Shown: positions 1-11,355 of the stretch, piece after piece
How positions within the stretch are numbered: the stretch's first letter is position 1
Layout: each line of letters starts with the position of its first letter
Notes under the pieces: model-generated
Seen by the model: only the letters and a program-made list of their open reading frames with translations
Told to the model about the DNA's origin: nothing
Database searches by the model: none
Made by a program: the position numbers and the translations under genes
DNA from: Brevundimonas sp.
Lineage (GTDB): Bacteria; Pseudomonadota; Alphaproteobacteria; Caulobacterales; Caulobacteraceae
Direction of reading: 5' to 3'
Length of the DNA: 64,000 bases
Assembly (NCBI RefSeq): GCF_027487935.1
Contig: NZ_JAIYCP010000021.1
Location: forward strand, 63,271-127,270

Positions 1-795
1 GCCCATGGCCCCCCAGGCGATGCCGAAGCGGGCCTTGTTCAGGCAGGAGAAGGGCCCGCGCAGACCCTTGACGCCCGGCAGCAGGTTTTCTTCCGGCACG
101 AAGACGTCGTTCAGGCCGATGTCGCCGGTGATGGAGGCGCGGAGTGACAGCTTGTCGCCGATCTTGTTGGTGGTGAAGCCGTCCATGCCCCGCTCGACGA
201 TGAAGCCCCGGATGACGTCATCCAGCTTGGCCCAGACCACAGCGAGGTCGCTGATCGGGCTGTTGGTGATCCAGTATTTGGCACCGTTGAGGCGGTAGCC
301 GCCGTCAACGGCCACAGCCCTGGTCTTCATCGAGGCCGGATCGGAACCGCCGTCGGCCTCGGTCAAGCCGAAACAGCCGACCAGCTCGCCCGCCGCCATG
401 CGCGGCAGGAAGCGCATCTTCTGCTCTTCCGACCCGAAGGCGTAGATCGGGTACATGGCGAGCGAGGACTGGACGCTCATGGCCGAGCGATAGCCGCTGT
501 CGATCGCCTCGATCTCGCGGGCGATCAGGCCATAGGCGACGTGGCTGACCGAGGAGCCGCCGTACTGTTCCGGCAGCATGGCCCCGAGGAAGCCCATCTC
601 GCCCAGTTCGGTCATGATGGCGCGATCGAAGGTCTCGTCGCGGAAGGCCTCGACCACCCGGGGCAGCAGCTTCTCGCGGGCGTAGGACCGCGCCGCGTCC
701 TGGATCATCCGCTCGTCGTCGGTCAGCCGGCCCGACAGGTCCAGCGGGTCGTCCCAGCGAAAGGTCTTGTGCGAAGCAGAGGCACCGTCAGCCAT
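1..795 (-). CDS. gcdH: Acyl-CoA dehydrogenase, glutaryl-CoA dehydrogenase type (3' end runs off the window)
   Basis: Not in ORF track (no stop in window). Manual translation from ATG 795: [24 protein letters not shown]...[23 protein letters not shown]...[14 protein letters not shown]...[11 protein letters not shown]...GIAWGAMG. Confidence 0.85.
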   Translation of the reverse strand, partial: MADGASASHKTFRWDDPLDLSGRLTDDERMIQDAARSYAREKLLPRVVEAFRDETFDRAIMTELGEMGFLGAMLPEQYGGSSVSHVAYGLIAREIEAIDSGYRSAMSVQSSLAMYPIYAFGSEEQKMRFLPRMAAGELVGCFGLTEADGGSDPASMKTRAVAVDGGYRLNGAKYWITNSPISDLAVVWAKLDDVIRGFIVERGMDGFTTNKIGDKLSLRASITGDIGLNDVFVPEENLLPGVKGLRGPFSCLNKARFGIAWGAMG

Positions 796-890
796 GGGTC
801 GTCTTTCGTGAGCGTGGCGAAGGCGCGCGGTTTAGGCCAAAATGCACCGGTCGGGTAGAGGGGCGGGCCGACGCAGGCTAGACTGCCGCC

Positions 891-1157
891 ATGAGCCGCA
901 CCTTTCACCGCCTGTTCGTCGAACACCCGCGCGAGGTCGACGAAAGCTATTTCCACCATATGGCCGCCTCGGCGCGGTTCGGATTCCGCCTGCTGAAACT
1001 GGCCGGCTGCGCCTTCGCCCACGCCCTGATCCCCGGCGTGCACAAGGCGACGGTGTCAAAGGCCGTCTGCGTAATGGCCGAAGAGATGGACGGCCGGGCG
1101 CGGGAGGCACGGGAGTGCCGGATGCGGGACGCGGGCGTGTGGGATCCGGGGCTGTGA
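891..1157 (+). CDS. Small membrane protein, DUF6356-like
   Basis: LFVEHPREVDESYFHHM...CAFAHALIPG pattern recalled for this family; 88 aa; divergent from the acyl-CoA dehydrogenase. Confidence 0.65.
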   Translation: MSRTFHRLFVEHPREVDESYFHHMAASARFGFRLLKLAGCAFAHALIPGVHKATVSKAVCVMAEEMDGRAREARECRMRDAGVWDPGL

Positions 1158-1278
1158 GCGGGTCGAGGGTCGAGGGTCGAGGGGCGAGGGGTGAAGCCAG
1201 GCTGACCGCGACGCGGACCACCCGCACATGAATTCGACCGTAGATCGAGCCTCCCTCGACCCTCGCCCCTCGCCCCTC
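1158..1278. repeat. Inverted heptamer tandem arrays (GAGGGTC/GAGGGGC, then GACCCTC/GCCCCTC)
   Basis: Left array about 1158-1192, complementary right array about 1251-1278, read directly. Confidence 0.85.
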
Positions 1279-2484
1279 GCGCCCAATGGCCCCCTCTCCG
1301 GCGTTCGTGTCCTCGACCTGTCGCGCGTGCTGGCCGGGCCGTGGGCGACGCAGATGCTGGCCGATCTCGGGGCCGAGGTGATCAAGATCGAGCGGCCCGG
1401 CGTCGGCGACGACACCCGCGCCTGGGGCCCGCCGTTCACGACGAAAACCGACGGCTCAAAGGGCGACGCCGCCTATTTCCTGTGTGCCAACCGGGGCAAG
1501 AAGTCGGTCGAACTGGACCTCGCCTCGCCTGAAGGTGCGGAGATCGTCCGTGAGCTGAGCAAGACCTGCGATGTGGTGGTGGAAAACTTCAAGACGGGTG
1601 GGCTGAAGAAATACGGCCTCGACCACGCCGCCCTGTCGGCGATCAATCCGAAGCTGGTCTATTGCTCGATCACCGGCTTCGGTCAGGACGGACCGGACGC
1701 CCACCGCGCCGGCTATGACTATATGATCCAGGCCATGGGCGGGCTGATGTCGATCACCGGCCAGCCCGACGGCGCGGCCGGGGCCGAGCCGATGAAGGTC
1801 GGGGTCGCCGTCGTCGACCTGTTCACGGGCCTGTATGCCTCCAACGCCATCATGGCCGCCCTGCTGCATGCCCGGGCGACGGGACAAGGCCAGCATATCG
1901 ACATCGCCCTGTTCGACGTCCAGGCCGCCATGCTGGCCAATCAGGCGACCAATTGGTTCGTCTCGGGCAAGGCGCCGACGCGGATGGGCAATGCGCATCC
2001 GAACCTCGCGCCCTATCAGCCTTTTCCGTGCACGGACGGTATGGTGGTCATCGCGGTTGGTAACGACAGCCAGTTTCGGGCGCTGTGCGGCGCCCTGGGC
2101 GCGGGCGGCATGGGCGCGGACCCGCGCTTCCTGACCAACGCCCTGCGGATCGAGCATCGCGCCGTGATGACCGCCGAGCTGTCGGCCCTGACGGCGGGAC
2201 TGACCATGCACGGCCTGATGTCGGCGCTGGAGGCGGCGGGCGTGCCCTGCGGCCCCGTCAATACGATCGATCAGGTGTTCGACGAGCCGCAGGCCAGGTA
2301 TCGCGGACTGGAGGTGACGCAGGACCGCGCCGACCTGTCCGGGCCGGTGCGGACCGTGGCCTCGCCGATCCGGATGTCGCTGACGCCCGTCGCCTACGAC
2401 CGGGCACCGCCGGCGCTGGGGGCGGATACGGATGAGGTGCTGGGTCGGCTTGGCAGGGGCCGCCCGCGGTCCCCGGCAAACTGA
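1228..2484 (+). CDS. CaiB/BaiF family III CoA-transferase
   Basis: PLSGVRVLDLSRVLAGPWATQMLADLGAEVIKIERP, DVVVENF, GYDYMIQAMGGLMSITG, APPALGADT. Confidence 0.95.
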   Translation: MNSTVDRASLDPRPSPLAPNGPLSGVRVLDLSRVLAGPWATQMLADLGAEVIKIERPGVGDDTRAWGPPFTTKTDGSKGDAAYFLCANRGKKSVELDLASPEGAEIVRELSKTCDVVVENFKTGGLKKYGLDHAALSAINPKLVYCSITGFGQDGPDAHRAGYDYMIQAMGGLMSITGQPDGAAGAEPMKVGVAVVDLFTGLYASNAIMAALLHARATGQGQHIDIALFDVQAAMLANQATNWFVSGKAPTRMGNAHPNLAPYQPFPCTDGMVVIAVGNDSQFRALCGALGAGGMGADPRFLTNALRIEHRAVMTAELSALTAGLTMHGLMSALEAAGVPCGPVNTIDQVFDEPQARYRGLEVTQDRADLSGPVRTVASPIRMSLTPVAYDRAPPALGADTDEVLGRLGRGRPRSPAN

Positions 2485-2505
2485 ACCACGCCCCTTGCGG
2501 AACCT

Positions 2506-2967
2506 TCAGTCCGTAGCCTCCACGCGCGACCTGATCGCCTCCATCGACAGGGGATCGGAACCCACCGACCAGTCGATGATCGGCAGCCCTTCAACCTGGC
2601 TGAAATGCCTCACGTTCCGGGTAACGACCGTCCAGCCCCGCGCCAGCGCCTGACCCGCGATCAGGATGTCCATGGCTCCAATGGGCCGACCGTCGACCTG
2701 CAATCGGGCGCGCAGACGACCCGCCTCGACCGCATCCCGATCATCGAAATCCATGACCTGACAGCCGAGCAGGACGCCGTTCAATCGGGTTCTTTGGACC
2801 TCCGGGCGCGCACTCAGAACCACGCCGACTTCCAGTTCGTGAAGCACGATAGTGGGAACGACCATCGGTACGCCACTCCCGCAGGCCCTGGCCCAGGCCG
2901 CGCGAACCGGCTCAGACCGTCCACGGACGATGTCGATGACCGTGTTTGTATCGAGACACAGGGTCAC
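2506..2967 (-). CDS. vapC: VapC PIN-domain toxin
   Basis: CLDTN...LHELEVG...GAMDILIAGQALARGWTVVTRNVRHF PIN motifs; start overlaps antitoxin stop. Confidence 0.9.
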   Translation of the reverse strand: MTLCLDTNTVIDIVRGRSEPVRAAWARACGSGVPMVVPTIVLHELEVGVVLSARPEVQRTRLNGVLLGCQVMDFDDRDAVEAGRLRARLQVDGRPIGAMDILIAGQALARGWTVVTRNVRHFSQVEGLPIIDWSVGSDPLSMEAIRSRVEATD

Positions 2968-3245
2968 CAGGGCTCGACCGGCTCTGAAATGACCCGTGGG
3001 GGAAGCTCCGGAAAGGGCTCATCGCACAGGGCGTCCATCTTCGCCCAGAAGGCCGCCCATTCCTCCGGCGTCCGTGGGCGAGGTTCCTTCGGATCCACGG
3101 GTTCAAGGACGACCGCGTCACCATCCCGACGGATGCGAACCTCCTTGCCCTCGAAACGGAATGCCTTGGGCAGACGAACGGCCTGGCTACCGCCGTGGGT
3201 GAAGATTTTGGCGGTCTCGGCGACGCCACCCTTGGGATCGGCCAT
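2964..3245 (-). CDS. vapB: VapB antitoxin, AbrB/SpoVT type
   Basis: AKIFTHGGSQAVRLPKAFRFEGKEVRIRRDGDAVVLEP swapped-hairpin motif; 4-bp overlap with vapC. Confidence 0.9.
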   Translation of the reverse strand: MADPKGGVAETAKIFTHGGSQAVRLPKAFRFEGKEVRIRRDGDAVVLEPVDPKEPRPRTPEEWAAFWAKMDALCDEPFPELPPRVISEPVEPW

Positions 3246-3255
3246 CTCGATTTCC

Positions 3256-3276
3256 GTATCTACAAGATGTAGATAC
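3256..3276. promoter_or_regulatory. Probable VapBC autoregulatory operator
   Basis: Perfect AT-rich inverted repeat GTATCTACA-aga-TGTAGATAC, 10 bp upstream of the vapB ATG. Confidence 0.75.
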
Positions 3277-3308
3277 TAACACGGGGGCAGCCACCCTGCA
3301 ATCACGGG

Positions 3309-3728
3309 TCAGCCGCCCAGGGCCGTAACGATGCAGCCTGCAACAGGGAAGACGACGAAGGCCAGGACGACCACGACCGCGCCGGTCTTCTTCGCCCGGC
3401 CCATGACGCCGCTGATTTCGTGATCGTGGAGGTCGCCGACCATGCCCGGCGTATGATCGATCAACCAGTCGCCGGTCTCGTCAGACCCATCGACGAATTC
3501 TCCGGCGCGCATGCGGGCAATGATTGCGCGCGCCTCGACGATCTGGGCGGTTGTCGTGGCGACCCGCACGCCGCCGAGAGCGATCAGAAGGTCGGGGTTC
3601 ATGGTCGCCATGTCGCGGTCGGGCAGCCAGGCGCGAACGCCCTGCTGCTGCAGGAAGGAGGCCGCGAGTTCCGCTTCGGGTATCGTCGAGAACCGCGCGA
3701 CTTCCAGAACGTCGGCGGCCTCCGTCAC
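3309..3728 (-). CDS. DUF2007-like domain protein with C-terminal TM helix
   Basis: VARFSTIPEAELAASFLQQQGVRAWLPD...GGVRV pattern; hydrophobic C-terminus; 2 bp after sucB stop. Confidence 0.65.
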   Translation of the reverse strand: MTEAADVLEVARFSTIPEAELAASFLQQQGVRAWLPDRDMATMNPDLLIALGGVRVATTTAQIVEARAIIARMRAGEFVDGSDETGDWLIDHTPGMVGDLHDHEISGVMGRAKKTGAVVVVLAFVVFPVAGCIVTALGG

Positions 3729-3730
3729 GG

Positions 3731-5278
3731 TCAGAGGTCCAGCAGCGCCCGCGCCGGGTCTTCCAGCAGTTCCTTGACGCGGACGAGGAAGGTCACCGCC
3801 TCCTTGCCGTCGACGATGCGGTGATCGTAGCTGAGGGCCAGATACATCATCGGCCGGATCACCACCTGACCGTCCACCGCCATCGGGCGCTGGACGATGT
3901 TGTGCATGCCCAGAATGCCCGACTGCGGAGCATTCAGGATCGGTGTCGACATCAGCGAGCCATAGGTGCCGCCGTTGGTGATGGTGAAGGTGCCGCCCTG
4001 GAGCTGATCGAGGGTCAGGGCGCCGTCACGGGCGGCCCTGCCGAGGGCGGCAATGCCCTTTTCGATCCCGGCCAGCGACAGATGGTCGGCGTCCCGCAGG
4101 ACCGGCACGACCAGGCCCTTTTCAGTGCCGACGGCGACGCCGATGTCATAGTGGTTCTTGTAGATGATGTCCGTGCCGTCGATCTCGGCATTGACCGCCG
4201 GGATCTCCTTCAGGGCCGCGACCACGGCCTTGGTGAAGAAGGACATGAAGCCCAGCTTCACACCGTGGCGCTTCTCGAACACCTCCTTGTACTGGTTCCG
4301 CAGGGCCATGACATTGGTCATGTCCACCTCGTTGAAGGTGGTCAGCTGGGCGGCGGTGTTCTGCGATTCCTTCAGGCGGCGCGCGATGGTCTGGCGCAGG
4401 CGGGTCATCTTGACCCGCTCCTCACGCGGCTGGTCGGCGCGCGGGGCGGCCGGTGCCGCGGTGGGGGCCGGAGCGGCGGCGGGAGCAGCGGGGGCGGCGG
4501 AGATGGCGTTCACGGCGTCGGCCTTGGTGATGTTGCCCTTGGGGCCGGTGGCGGCGATGGTCTTGGGGTCGAGGTTGTTCTCGGTCACCACGCGCTGGAC
4601 GGCGGGCGACAGGTGCGGGGCGTCGGAGGCCGGAGCAGCGGCGGGCGCGGCGGCGGCCTGAGCCGGAGCCGGAGCCGGGCTGGTGCCCTCACCCGAAGCG
4701 GCGATAGAGCCGATCTGCTGGCCCGGGGTGACGCTGGACCCAGCTTCGGCGGCTATGGTCAGGACGCCGGCGACGGGGGCCGACACCTCGACCGCGACCT
4801 TGTCGGTCTCGATCTCGACCAGCATTTCATCCTTGGCGACGGTGTCGCCGGACTTCTTCAGCCAGGTCCCCATCGTGCCCTCGGCGACGCTCTCGCCCAT
4901 GGTGGGGGTCATGATCGGAACATCACCGCCCGGGGTAGCGACCGGAGCGGCCGGTGCGGCCGGTGCGGCGGGAGGCACTTCGGCGGCCGGCGCGGCCTTC
5001 GGCGCTTCAGCCTTGGGAGCGTCGTCGGCGGAAGCGGCGGACGCTCCCTCGCTGATCACGCCCAGAACGGCACCCGGGGTCACGGTCGCGCCGTCGGCGG
5101 CGCGGATCTCGGTCAGGACGCCGTCCGACGGCGCGACCACTTCCAGCGAGACCTTGTCGGTTTCCAGCTCGACCAGGACCTCGTCCTTCTTCACGGCGTC
5201 GCCGGCCTTCTTCGTCCACTTGCCGATCGTGGCTTCGGAGACGGATTCGCCGAGGGCGGGGGTCAGGATATCGGCCAT
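3731..5278 (-). CDS. sucB: Dihydrolipoyllysine succinyltransferase (E2), two lipoyl domains
   Basis: ETDKV twice, E3-binding HLSPAVQR, catalytic [10 protein letters not shown]. Confidence 0.97.
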   Translation of the reverse strand: MADILTPALGESVSEATIGKWTKKAGDAVKKDEVLVELETDKVSLEVVAPSDGVLTEIRAADGATVTPGAVLGVISEGASAASADDAPKAEAPKAAPAAEVPPAAPAAPAAPVATPGGDVPIMTPTMGESVAEGTMGTWLKKSGDTVAKDEMLVEIETDKVAVEVSAPVAGVLTIAAEAGSSVTPGQQIGSIAASGEGTSPAPAPAQAAAAPAAAPASDAPHLSPAVQRVVTENNLDPKTIAATGPKGNITKADAVNAISAAPAAPAAAPAPTAAPAAPRADQPREERVKMTRLRQTIARRLKESQNTAAQLTTFNEVDMTNVMALRNQYKEVFEKRHGVKLGFMSFFTKAVVAALKEIPAVNAEIDGTDIIYKNHYDIGVAVGTEKGLVVPVLRDADHLSLAGIEKGIAALGRAARDGALTLDQLQGGTFTITNGGTYGSLMSTPILNAPQSGILGMHNIVQRPMAVDGQVVIRPMMYLALSYDHRIVDGKEAVTFLVRVKELLEDPARALLDL

Positions 5279-5307
5279 GGGACGGGCTCTCTCAGGTTCG
5301 TTCTTTG

Positions 5308-5340
5308 GTCATCCCGGAAACGGCACAGCCGCGGTCCGGG
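5308..5340. repeat. Single CGTC-type REP-like unit between sucA and sucB
   Basis: GTCAT-CCCGGA-aa-CGGCacaGCCG-cgg-TCCGGG; same GTCATCCCGG head as the units at 21.5 and 22.0 kb. Confidence 0.6.
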
Positions 5341-5346
5341 GCGGAA

Positions 5347-8300
5347 TCAGGCGAAGGCTTCAGTCAGGAAGGCGTCGAGTTCTTTCAGGTGCCGGCTCAT
5401 CAGGCCGGCGGCGGTCGAGGCGGAGGCCGGGCGACCGACATAGCGGGCGCGCTTCGATTTCACCGACAGCTTCTCGAGCGTCAGCTCCAGCCAGGGATCG
5501 ACGAAGGTCCAGCCGCCCATGTTCTTGGGCTCTTCCTGGCACCAGACCAGTTCGGCGTTGGGGAAGCGTCCCAGTTCGGTCAGCAGCGACTTCATCGGCC
5601 AGGGATAGAACTGCTCCAGACGCATCAGATAGATGTCGTCGATCCCTTCGCGCTCGCGCCGCTCCAGCAGGTCATAATAGACCTTGCCCGAGCAGAGGAT
5701 GACGCGGCGGATGTCGGCGTCCGGCTTGATCGTGATCCTGGCAACGTCGGGACGACGCTCGGCATCGTCGTGCAGCACGCGGTGGAAGGAGCTGCCCTCG
5801 GCCAGTTCGGCGAGGCTCGAGACCGCCTTCTTGTGCCGCAGCAGGCTCTTGGGCGTCATGATGATCAGCGGCTTGCGGAACGGCCGGTGCATCTGGCGAC
5901 GCAGGATGTGGAAATAGTTGGCCGGGGTCGAACAGTTGGCGACCTGCATATTGTCCTCGGCGCAGGCCTGCAGGAAGCGCTCGAGACGGGCCGAGGAGTG
6001 TTCCGGTCCCTGCCCTTCGTAGCCATGCGGCAGCAGCATGGTCAGGCCGCACATTCGCAGCCATTTGCGCTCACCCGAACTGATGAACTGGTCGATCACC
6101 ACCTGGGCCCCGTTCACGAAATCGCCGAACTGGGCCTCCCACATCACCAGGGTATTGGGGTCGGTCAGGGCGTAGCCGTATTCGAAGCCGAGGACGGCCT
6201 CTTCCGACAGGGCGGAGTCGATGACCTCGAACTCGGCCTGGCCGTCGCGGATGTTGTTCAGCGGGACGTAGCGGGCCTCGGTGGTCTGGTCGATAATGCC
6301 CGAGTGGCGCTGGGAGAAGGTGCCGCGAACCGAATCCTGGCCCGACAGACGGACCGGGAAACCCTCGTCCAGCAGCGAGCCGAAGGCCAGGCTCTCGGCC
6401 GTGGCCCAGTCGATGTTCTCACCGGTCGTGATCATCTCGCGACGGCCGTCGATGACGCGTTTCAGCGTCTTGTGCATGTCGACCGAGTTGGGAATCGTCG
6501 TCAGCCTGTGGCCGAGGTCGGCCAGCTTCGCCGCCGGGACCGAGGTTTCGCCGCGGCGCTCCTCGCCGTCCGGTTGGCCGATGCCCTGCCACTGGCCGTC
6601 CATCCAGTCGGCCTTCTGCGCCACGAAGGTCTTGCCGGCCTCGAACTCGGCGTCGAGGAAGGCCTCGAACCGGGCCACTTCGGCGTCGACGGCGGCCTGG
6701 TCGATCACGCCTTCAGTGATCAGCCGCTCGGAATAGATCTCGCGCGTCGACTTCAGGGCGCGGATCTTCGAATACATCAGCGGCTGGGTGAAGGTCGGGT
6801 CGTCACCCTCGTTGTGGCCGAAGCGGCGGTAGCAGAACATGTCCACCACCACATCCTTGTGGAATTTCTGCCGGAACTCCGTCGCCACCTTGGCGGCGAA
6901 GACCACCGCTTCCGGATCGTCGCCGTTGACGTGGAAGATCGGGGCCTGGACCATCAGGGCCACGTCCGACGGATAGGGCGAGGAGCGGCTGTTCCGCGGG
7001 CTGGTCGTGAAGCCGATCTGGTTGTTGACGACGAAATGCATCGTCCCGCCGGTGCGGTAACCCTTCAGCCCCATCAGGGCGAAGCATTCGGCCACCACGC
7101 CCTGACCCGCGAAGGCGGCATCGCCGTGGATCAGCAGGGGCATGACCTTGGAGCGGTCGAGGGCCCAGGTCTCCTCGGGCCGGCCGGCATTGGCGGCGCG
7201 AATATCAAAGGCCTGTTTCGCCCGCGCCTTGCCCAGCACCACCGGATTGACGATCTCGAGGTGTGACGGGTTGGCGGTCAGGGACAGGTGGACGTTGTTG
7301 CCGTCGAACGACCGGTCCGACGAGGCCCCCATGTGGTATTTGACGTCGCCCGAGCCCTCAATGTCCGAGGGGACGGTCGAGCCGCCCTGGAATTCGTGGA
7401 AGATGGCGCGATAGGGCTTGCCCATCACCGCCGCCAGGGTGTTCAGCCGCCCGCGGTGGGCCATGCCCAGCACGATCTCGTCGACGCTCAGGGCACCGCC
7501 GCGCTTGATGATCTGCTCCAGCGCCGGGACCATGGCCTCGCCGCCGTCCAGGCCGAACCGCTTGGTGCCGGGGAAGCGTTTGTGCAGGAAGCGTTCGAAA
7601 CCCTCGGCCTCGATCAGCTTGTAGAGGATGGCCAGCTTGCCCTCACGGGTGAAGCCGTTCTGGGCGAAGGTGTCCGCACCCTCGAAACGCGCCTGCAGCC
7701 AGGTCTTCTCTTCCGGCTCGGCGATATGCATGAACTGGATGCCGAGCGTGCCGCAGTAGGTGCGCTTCAGCAGCGCGAGGACCTCGCGGATGGTGCCGGT
7801 CTGGAAGCCCAGAACGCCGTCGAGGAAGATCGGCCGGTCGAGGTCGGCCTCGCTGAAGCCGTAGAATTCGGGGGTCAGTTCCGGATTGCTGGGCGGTTGC
7901 TCAATGCCCAGCGGGTCGAGACTGGCCTGCAGGTGACCGCGAACGCGATAGCTGCGGATCAGCATCAGCGCCCGGATCGAATCATGAGCGGCGGTGCGGA
8001 CGGCCTCTGCCAGGACGGCGGCGTCCGGAGCGGCGGCCGGCGCAGGGGCGGCGGCGGCGGCACCCGGCTTTTTCGGATCGGCCTTCGGAGCGGGCCAACG
8101 GCCGTCGAACACGCCTGTCGCCTCGGTCGGCTCGGTCGTAACCGGGCGACCCCAGGCACCGGCGGCGCCCGAGGCCTTCACACTCTCGGCATTGTCCCGG
8201 AGCTGGTCGAAGAAGGCGCGCCATTCGCCCGAGACAGACGCCGGATCGGCGGCCCATTTCTCGTGCAAATCCTCGATGAACGAGGCGTTGGAGCCATACA

Positions 8301-8352
8301 GGAAGCTGGTCTCGGCAAAGACCTGGTTCAGCCGACCGGCATCGTCCGCCAT
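5347..8352 (-). CDS. sucA: 2-oxoglutarate dehydrogenase E1
   Basis: GMAHRGRLN, HGDAAFAGQG, WEAQFGDF, LLPHGYEGQGPEHSSAR; ATG at 8352 preferred over ORF-track start. Confidence 0.98.
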   Translation of the reverse strand: MADDAGRLNQVFAETSFLYGSNASFIEDLHEKWAADPASVSGEWRAFFDQLRDNAESVKASGAAGAWGRPVTTEPTEATGVFDGRWPAPKADPKKPGAAAAAPAPAAAPDAAVLAEAVRTAAHDSIRALMLIRSYRVRGHLQASLDPLGIEQPPSNPELTPEFYGFSEADLDRPIFLDGVLGFQTGTIREVLALLKRTYCGTLGIQFMHIAEPEEKTWLQARFEGADTFAQNGFTREGKLAILYKLIEAEGFERFLHKRFPGTKRFGLDGGEAMVPALEQIIKRGGALSVDEIVLGMAHRGRLNTLAAVMGKPYRAIFHEFQGGSTVPSDIEGSGDVKYHMGASSDRSFDGNNVHLSLTANPSHLEIVNPVVLGKARAKQAFDIRAANAGRPEETWALDRSKVMPLLIHGDAAFAGQGVVAECFALMGLKGYRTGGTMHFVVNNQIGFTTSPRNSRSSPYPSDVALMVQAPIFHVNGDDPEAVVFAAKVATEFRQKFHKDVVVDMFCYRRFGHNEGDDPTFTQPLMYSKIRALKSTREIYSERLITEGVIDQAAVDAEVARFEAFLDAEFEAGKTFVAQKADWMDGQWQGIGQPDGEERRGETSVPAAKLADLGHRLTTIPNSVDMHKTLKRVIDGRREMITTGENIDWATAESLAFGSLLDEGFPVRLSGQDSVRGTFSQRHSGIIDQTTEARYVPLNNIRDGQAEFEVIDSALSEEAVLGFEYGYALTDPNTLVMWEAQFGDFVNGAQVVIDQFISSGERKWLRMCGLTMLLPHGYEGQGPEHSSARLERFLQACAEDNMQVANCSTPANYFHILRRQMHRPFRKPLIIMTPKSLLRHKKAVSSLAELAEGSSFHRVLHDDAERRPDVARITIKPDADIRRVILCSGKVYYDLLERREREGIDDIYLMRLEQFYPWPMKSLLTELGRFPNAELVWCQEEPKNMGGWTFVDPWLELTLEKLSVKSKRARYVGRPASASTAAGLMSRHLKELDAFLTEAFA

Positions 8353-8589
8353 TGTTCTCGTCACGTCCCTGAGGCGGCGCGCGCACGCCTGCGCGCAACC
8401 GGCACCGCTGATATAGGCGGTGTTTCCTTATGGGTCATGACCGAATGGGGGCGAAAAGGGCAAAATTCGCCTGAATCGGGTGAAATTCGTACGCCCGGTG
8501 TCCCGCTGCCGGGACAAAATCAGGTGTGTTCCGGACCGCCATACCCGGGCCTGACCCCGGTCTGACGGGGCCGGACGGGCAGACGCGGT

Positions 8590-9492
8590 CTAGCCCTTGA
8601 GTACTTCCACCAGCGTCTTGCCCAGACGCGCGGGCGACGGCGAGACGCGGATGCCCGCGGTCTGCATGGCAGCGATCTTGGACTCCGCATCGCCCTTGCC
8701 GCCCGAGACGACAGCGCCCGCGTGGCCCATGGTCCGGCCCTTGGGCGCGGTGACACCGGCGATGAAGCCGACCATGGGCTTGGAGCGGCCCTTCTTCGCC
8801 TCGTCGATCAGGAACTGGGCGGCGTCTTCCTCGGCCCCGCCGCCGATCTCGCCGATCATGACGATCGACTGGGTAGCGGGGTCGGCGAGGAACAGCTCCA
8901 GCACATCGATGAATTCCGTGCCCTTGACCGGGTCGCCGCCGATGCCGACGGCCGTGGTCTGGCCGAGACCCTCGTTCGAGGTCTGGAACACCGCCTCATA
9001 GGTCAGGGTGCCGGAACGCGAGACGATGCCGACATTGCCCTTCTTGAAGATCGAGCCCGGCATGATGCCGATCTTGCACTCTTCCGGGGTCAGGATGCCG
9101 GGGCAGTTGGGGCCCAGCAGGCGGGAGTTCGACCGGTCCAGCCGCGCCTTGACCCGCACCATGTCCAGCACCGGAATGCCCTCGGTGATGCAGGTGATGA
9201 AGGGCACTTCGGCCTCGATGGCCTCGATGATGGCGTCCGCAGCACCCGCCGGCGGGACATAGATGACCGAGGCGGTCGCGCCGGTGGCCTCTTTCGCTTC
9301 GCCGACCGAGGCGTAGATCGGCAGGGTCTCGCCATGCGAGCCGGTCCAGGTCTGGCCACCCTTGGCCGGATGGACGCCGCCGACCATCTGGGTGCCGAAA
9401 TAGGCGAGCGCCTGTTCGGTGTGGAAGCCGCCGGTCTTGCCGGTCAGGCCCTGGACGATGACCTTGGTGTTCTTGTCGACGAGGATGGACAT
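8590..9492 (-). CDS. sucD: Succinyl-CoA synthetase alpha subunit
   Basis: [30 protein letters not shown] (phospho-His). Confidence 0.98.
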   Translation of the reverse strand: MSILVDKNTKVIVQGLTGKTGGFHTEQALAYFGTQMVGGVHPAKGGQTWTGSHGETLPIYASVGEAKEATGATASVIYVPPAGAADAIIEAIEAEVPFITCITEGIPVLDMVRVKARLDRSNSRLLGPNCPGILTPEECKIGIMPGSIFKKGNVGIVSRSGTLTYEAVFQTSNEGLGQTTAVGIGGDPVKGTEFIDVLELFLADPATQSIVMIGEIGGGAEEDAAQFLIDEAKKGRSKPMVGFIAGVTAPKGRTMGHAGAVVSGGKGDAESKIAAMQTAGIRVSPSPARLGKTLVEVLKG

Positions 9493-9501
9493 GATCAGCT
9501 T

Positions 9502-10082
9502 TCAGTGCGTCGGGAGTGTCGTGGCCTCTGGAGCCACGCTGGAAAGGAAAAGGAATGGTCCGGCTCGGGCAGTACGAACCTGGATGGCGTGGATTGTGCC
9601 GCGTGATCTCGCCGCAGCCTGAAGCTTGGCATCGTCGGCGTCCACGAGATCAAGCTGGGGCGTCACTTGATCGGGGCCGCCGGAGTATATCCACGAGGTC
9701 CCGCCTTGGGCCGAGCGCGCGGGCGCGAAACCGGCCCAGCCAGTCACCTGCTCTTCGAGTTCGGCCTCGACGGCTGGCCCCATGACCGAGCAGACCGGCA
9801 TCGACAGACCGGTCGGGGAAGCAATGATGCCCACCATCACCATTTCCGAAGGTGGCGTGCCGGTCGCGGGATCGCTCATCACGGTGACGGACGAATCAGC
9901 CGGCAGGTTTCCCGCACGCGGGTCTGTTTCCCATCCGGCCTGATTAAGCGCGCTGACCGCGCTTTCCGGCACGCCTCCCGTTTCAAGACAAAATCTCTTG
10001 AAGGTATCGAATGGTTGGGCCGCTGACGGTGTGGCCGCCGCCACGCCAACCATCGCCAGCGATAGGCACAGACCTCTCAGCA

Positions 10083-10083
<1 letters not shown>
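9502..10083 (-). CDS. Hypothetical secreted protein inserted between sucC and sucD
   Basis: 193-aa ORF exactly fills the gap; signal-peptide-like [22 protein letters not shown]; ATG overlaps sucC TAA. Confidence 0.7.
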
Positions 10084-11273
<1,190 letters not shown>

Positions 11274-11355
11274 GGGGAGGCGCCGCCGGACTGCTGGGAG
11301 GAGTTGCGGCGCTTATAGGGGCTGCGCCTTCGCAGGCGCAACCGTCACCCTGCGA

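Noticed and set aside
8541-8562. ATACCCGGGCCTGACCCCGGT between sucD and sucA as another CGTC REP
   Set aside because: Lacks the GTCATC head and the stem is imperfect; too weak to call.
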